54,472 bases of DNA. It comes from a virus. Lineage: Duplodnaviria > Caudoviricetes. Every line of letters starts with the position of its first letter. Position 1 is the first letter of the stretch. Positions 54,379-54,472 of this stretch are shown here, one piece after another. Location of the stretch: positions 1 through 54,472 of the IMG/VR virus record IMGVR_UViG_3300023503_000001; one strand, written 5' to 3'. Below the pieces are notes generated by a model. That model saw only the letters and a list, made by a program, of their open reading frames with translations, was not told the DNA's origin and ran no database searches. The position numbers and the translations under genes are program-made.

Positions 54379-54472
54379 TTTAATTGCTCCACATTACTGA
54401 AATTATAGTTCCAAATATAAATCCAGCTATAAACATAGATAGATTCGTAAAAATAAGATCTATTTTTGATTC
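54295..54472. repeat. Terminal direct repeat, copy 2
   Basis: Matches 1-178. Confidence 0.97.

Overview
The window is a complete, circularly assembled ~54.3-kb AT-rich tailed (siphovirus-type) phage genome; positions 1-178 repeat at 54295-54472 with one mismatch. It has three blocks. (1) A minus-strand accessory/early region (~1-10.9 kb) carries many small genes, four tRNAs (Arg-UCU, Ile2-CAU, Thr-UGU, Leu-UAA), a circularly permuted tmRNA-like element, an unexplained ~173-nt structured RNA and a kinase pseudogene. (2) A plus-strand morphogenesis/lysis operon (11.4-36.8 kb) encodes terminase, portal, scaffold, capsid, a DUF2793 lectin fibre, neck, tube, frameshifted chaperones, tape measure, a GTA-type DUF2460/DUF2163/NlpC/megatron tail tip, holins and an M15 endolysin. 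(3) A minus-strand replication block (36.9-54.4 kb) encodes ligase, RuvC-like resolvase, PolA, a clamp-like protein, dCMP deaminase, ThyA, dUTPase-like protein, SF2 helicase, Cas4-like nuclease, SSB, Sak4-like ATPase and a RepB'-type primase. I saw no integrase, reverse transcriptase or CRISPR array. The most unusual signals are: the permuted tmRNA-like RNA with a shifted G.U pair; the structured RNA upstream of tRNA-Leu; a four-member family built from 1, 2, 2 and 3 copies of one ~50-aa helical module; ten copies of one promoter design carrying a LysR/OxyR-like operator; TTCGCA palindrome clusters and a CA-rich tract bracketing the early region; and a possible Csx15/16/20-like ring nuclease. 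All family assignments come from recognising motifs by eye, not from database searches.
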